Shown one piece after another: positions 63,800-64,000 of a stretch of DNA of 64,000 nucleotides; the stretch's first letter is position 1, and each line of letters starts with the position of its first letter. The translations under genes were made by a program, and so were the position numbers. The notes under the pieces are model-generated. The model did not search any database, was not told the origin of the DNA, and worked only from the letters and a program-made list of their open reading frames with translations. The stretch is taken from assembly GCF_006345805.1 (NCBI RefSeq), contig NC_043001.1, positions 132,370,001 to 132,434,000 on the forward strand. Direction: 5' to 3'. Source of the stretch: Octopus sinensis. Taxonomy: Eukaryota.

Positions 63800-64000
63800 G
63801 GTGCAGGAGTGGCTGTGTGGTAAGTAGCTTGCTAACCAACCACATGGTTCCGGGTTCAGTCCCACTACGTGGCATCTTGGGCAAGTGTCTTCTGCTATAG
63901 CCCCAGGCCGACCAATGCCTTGTGAGTGGATTTGGTAGACGGAAACTGAAAGAAGCCTGTCGCATATATGTATATATATATATATGTATGTGTGTGTTTG
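63800..64000 (+). mobile_element. SINE family A, 5' half (runs off the window)
   Basis: Head and body nearly identical to 1517-1720. Confidence 0.9.

Overview
AT-rich eukaryotic genomic DNA. The SINE families and microsatellite load match my recollection of Octopus (coleoid cephalopod) genomes; that is recognition, not a database result. Most of the window appears to be intron sequence of one unidentified minus-strand gene, seen only as short candidate exons with good splice signals (best at 63613-63644, 63263-63414, 61903-61969, 56370-56400, 16194-16303). The rest is a mosaic of four tRNA-headed SINE families and 3' ends of an RTE-type LINE. It also holds decayed LINEs (RTE, R4/Dong-type RLE, L1-Tx1), a Naiad-like Penelope element, Penelope remnants with hammerhead motifs, a pogo/Tigger transposon, Helitrons, TTAA- and hAT-type MITEs, and many microsatellites. 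No intact transposase or RT ORF, rRNA, genuine tRNA or CRISPR array is present, and nearly all ORF-track entries are repeat or microsatellite artefacts. The most unusual signal is a set of short-range fold-back inverted duplications: near-perfect arms of 150, 91, 83 and 40 bp, plus an older ~700 bp palindrome. Also notable are a textbook minimal hammerhead in a cluster of three, a 5'-inverted (twin-primed) RTE insertion with a TSD, an ~882 bp SINE+Helitron tandem duplication, and a Helitron-helicase fragment with in-frame splice signals.
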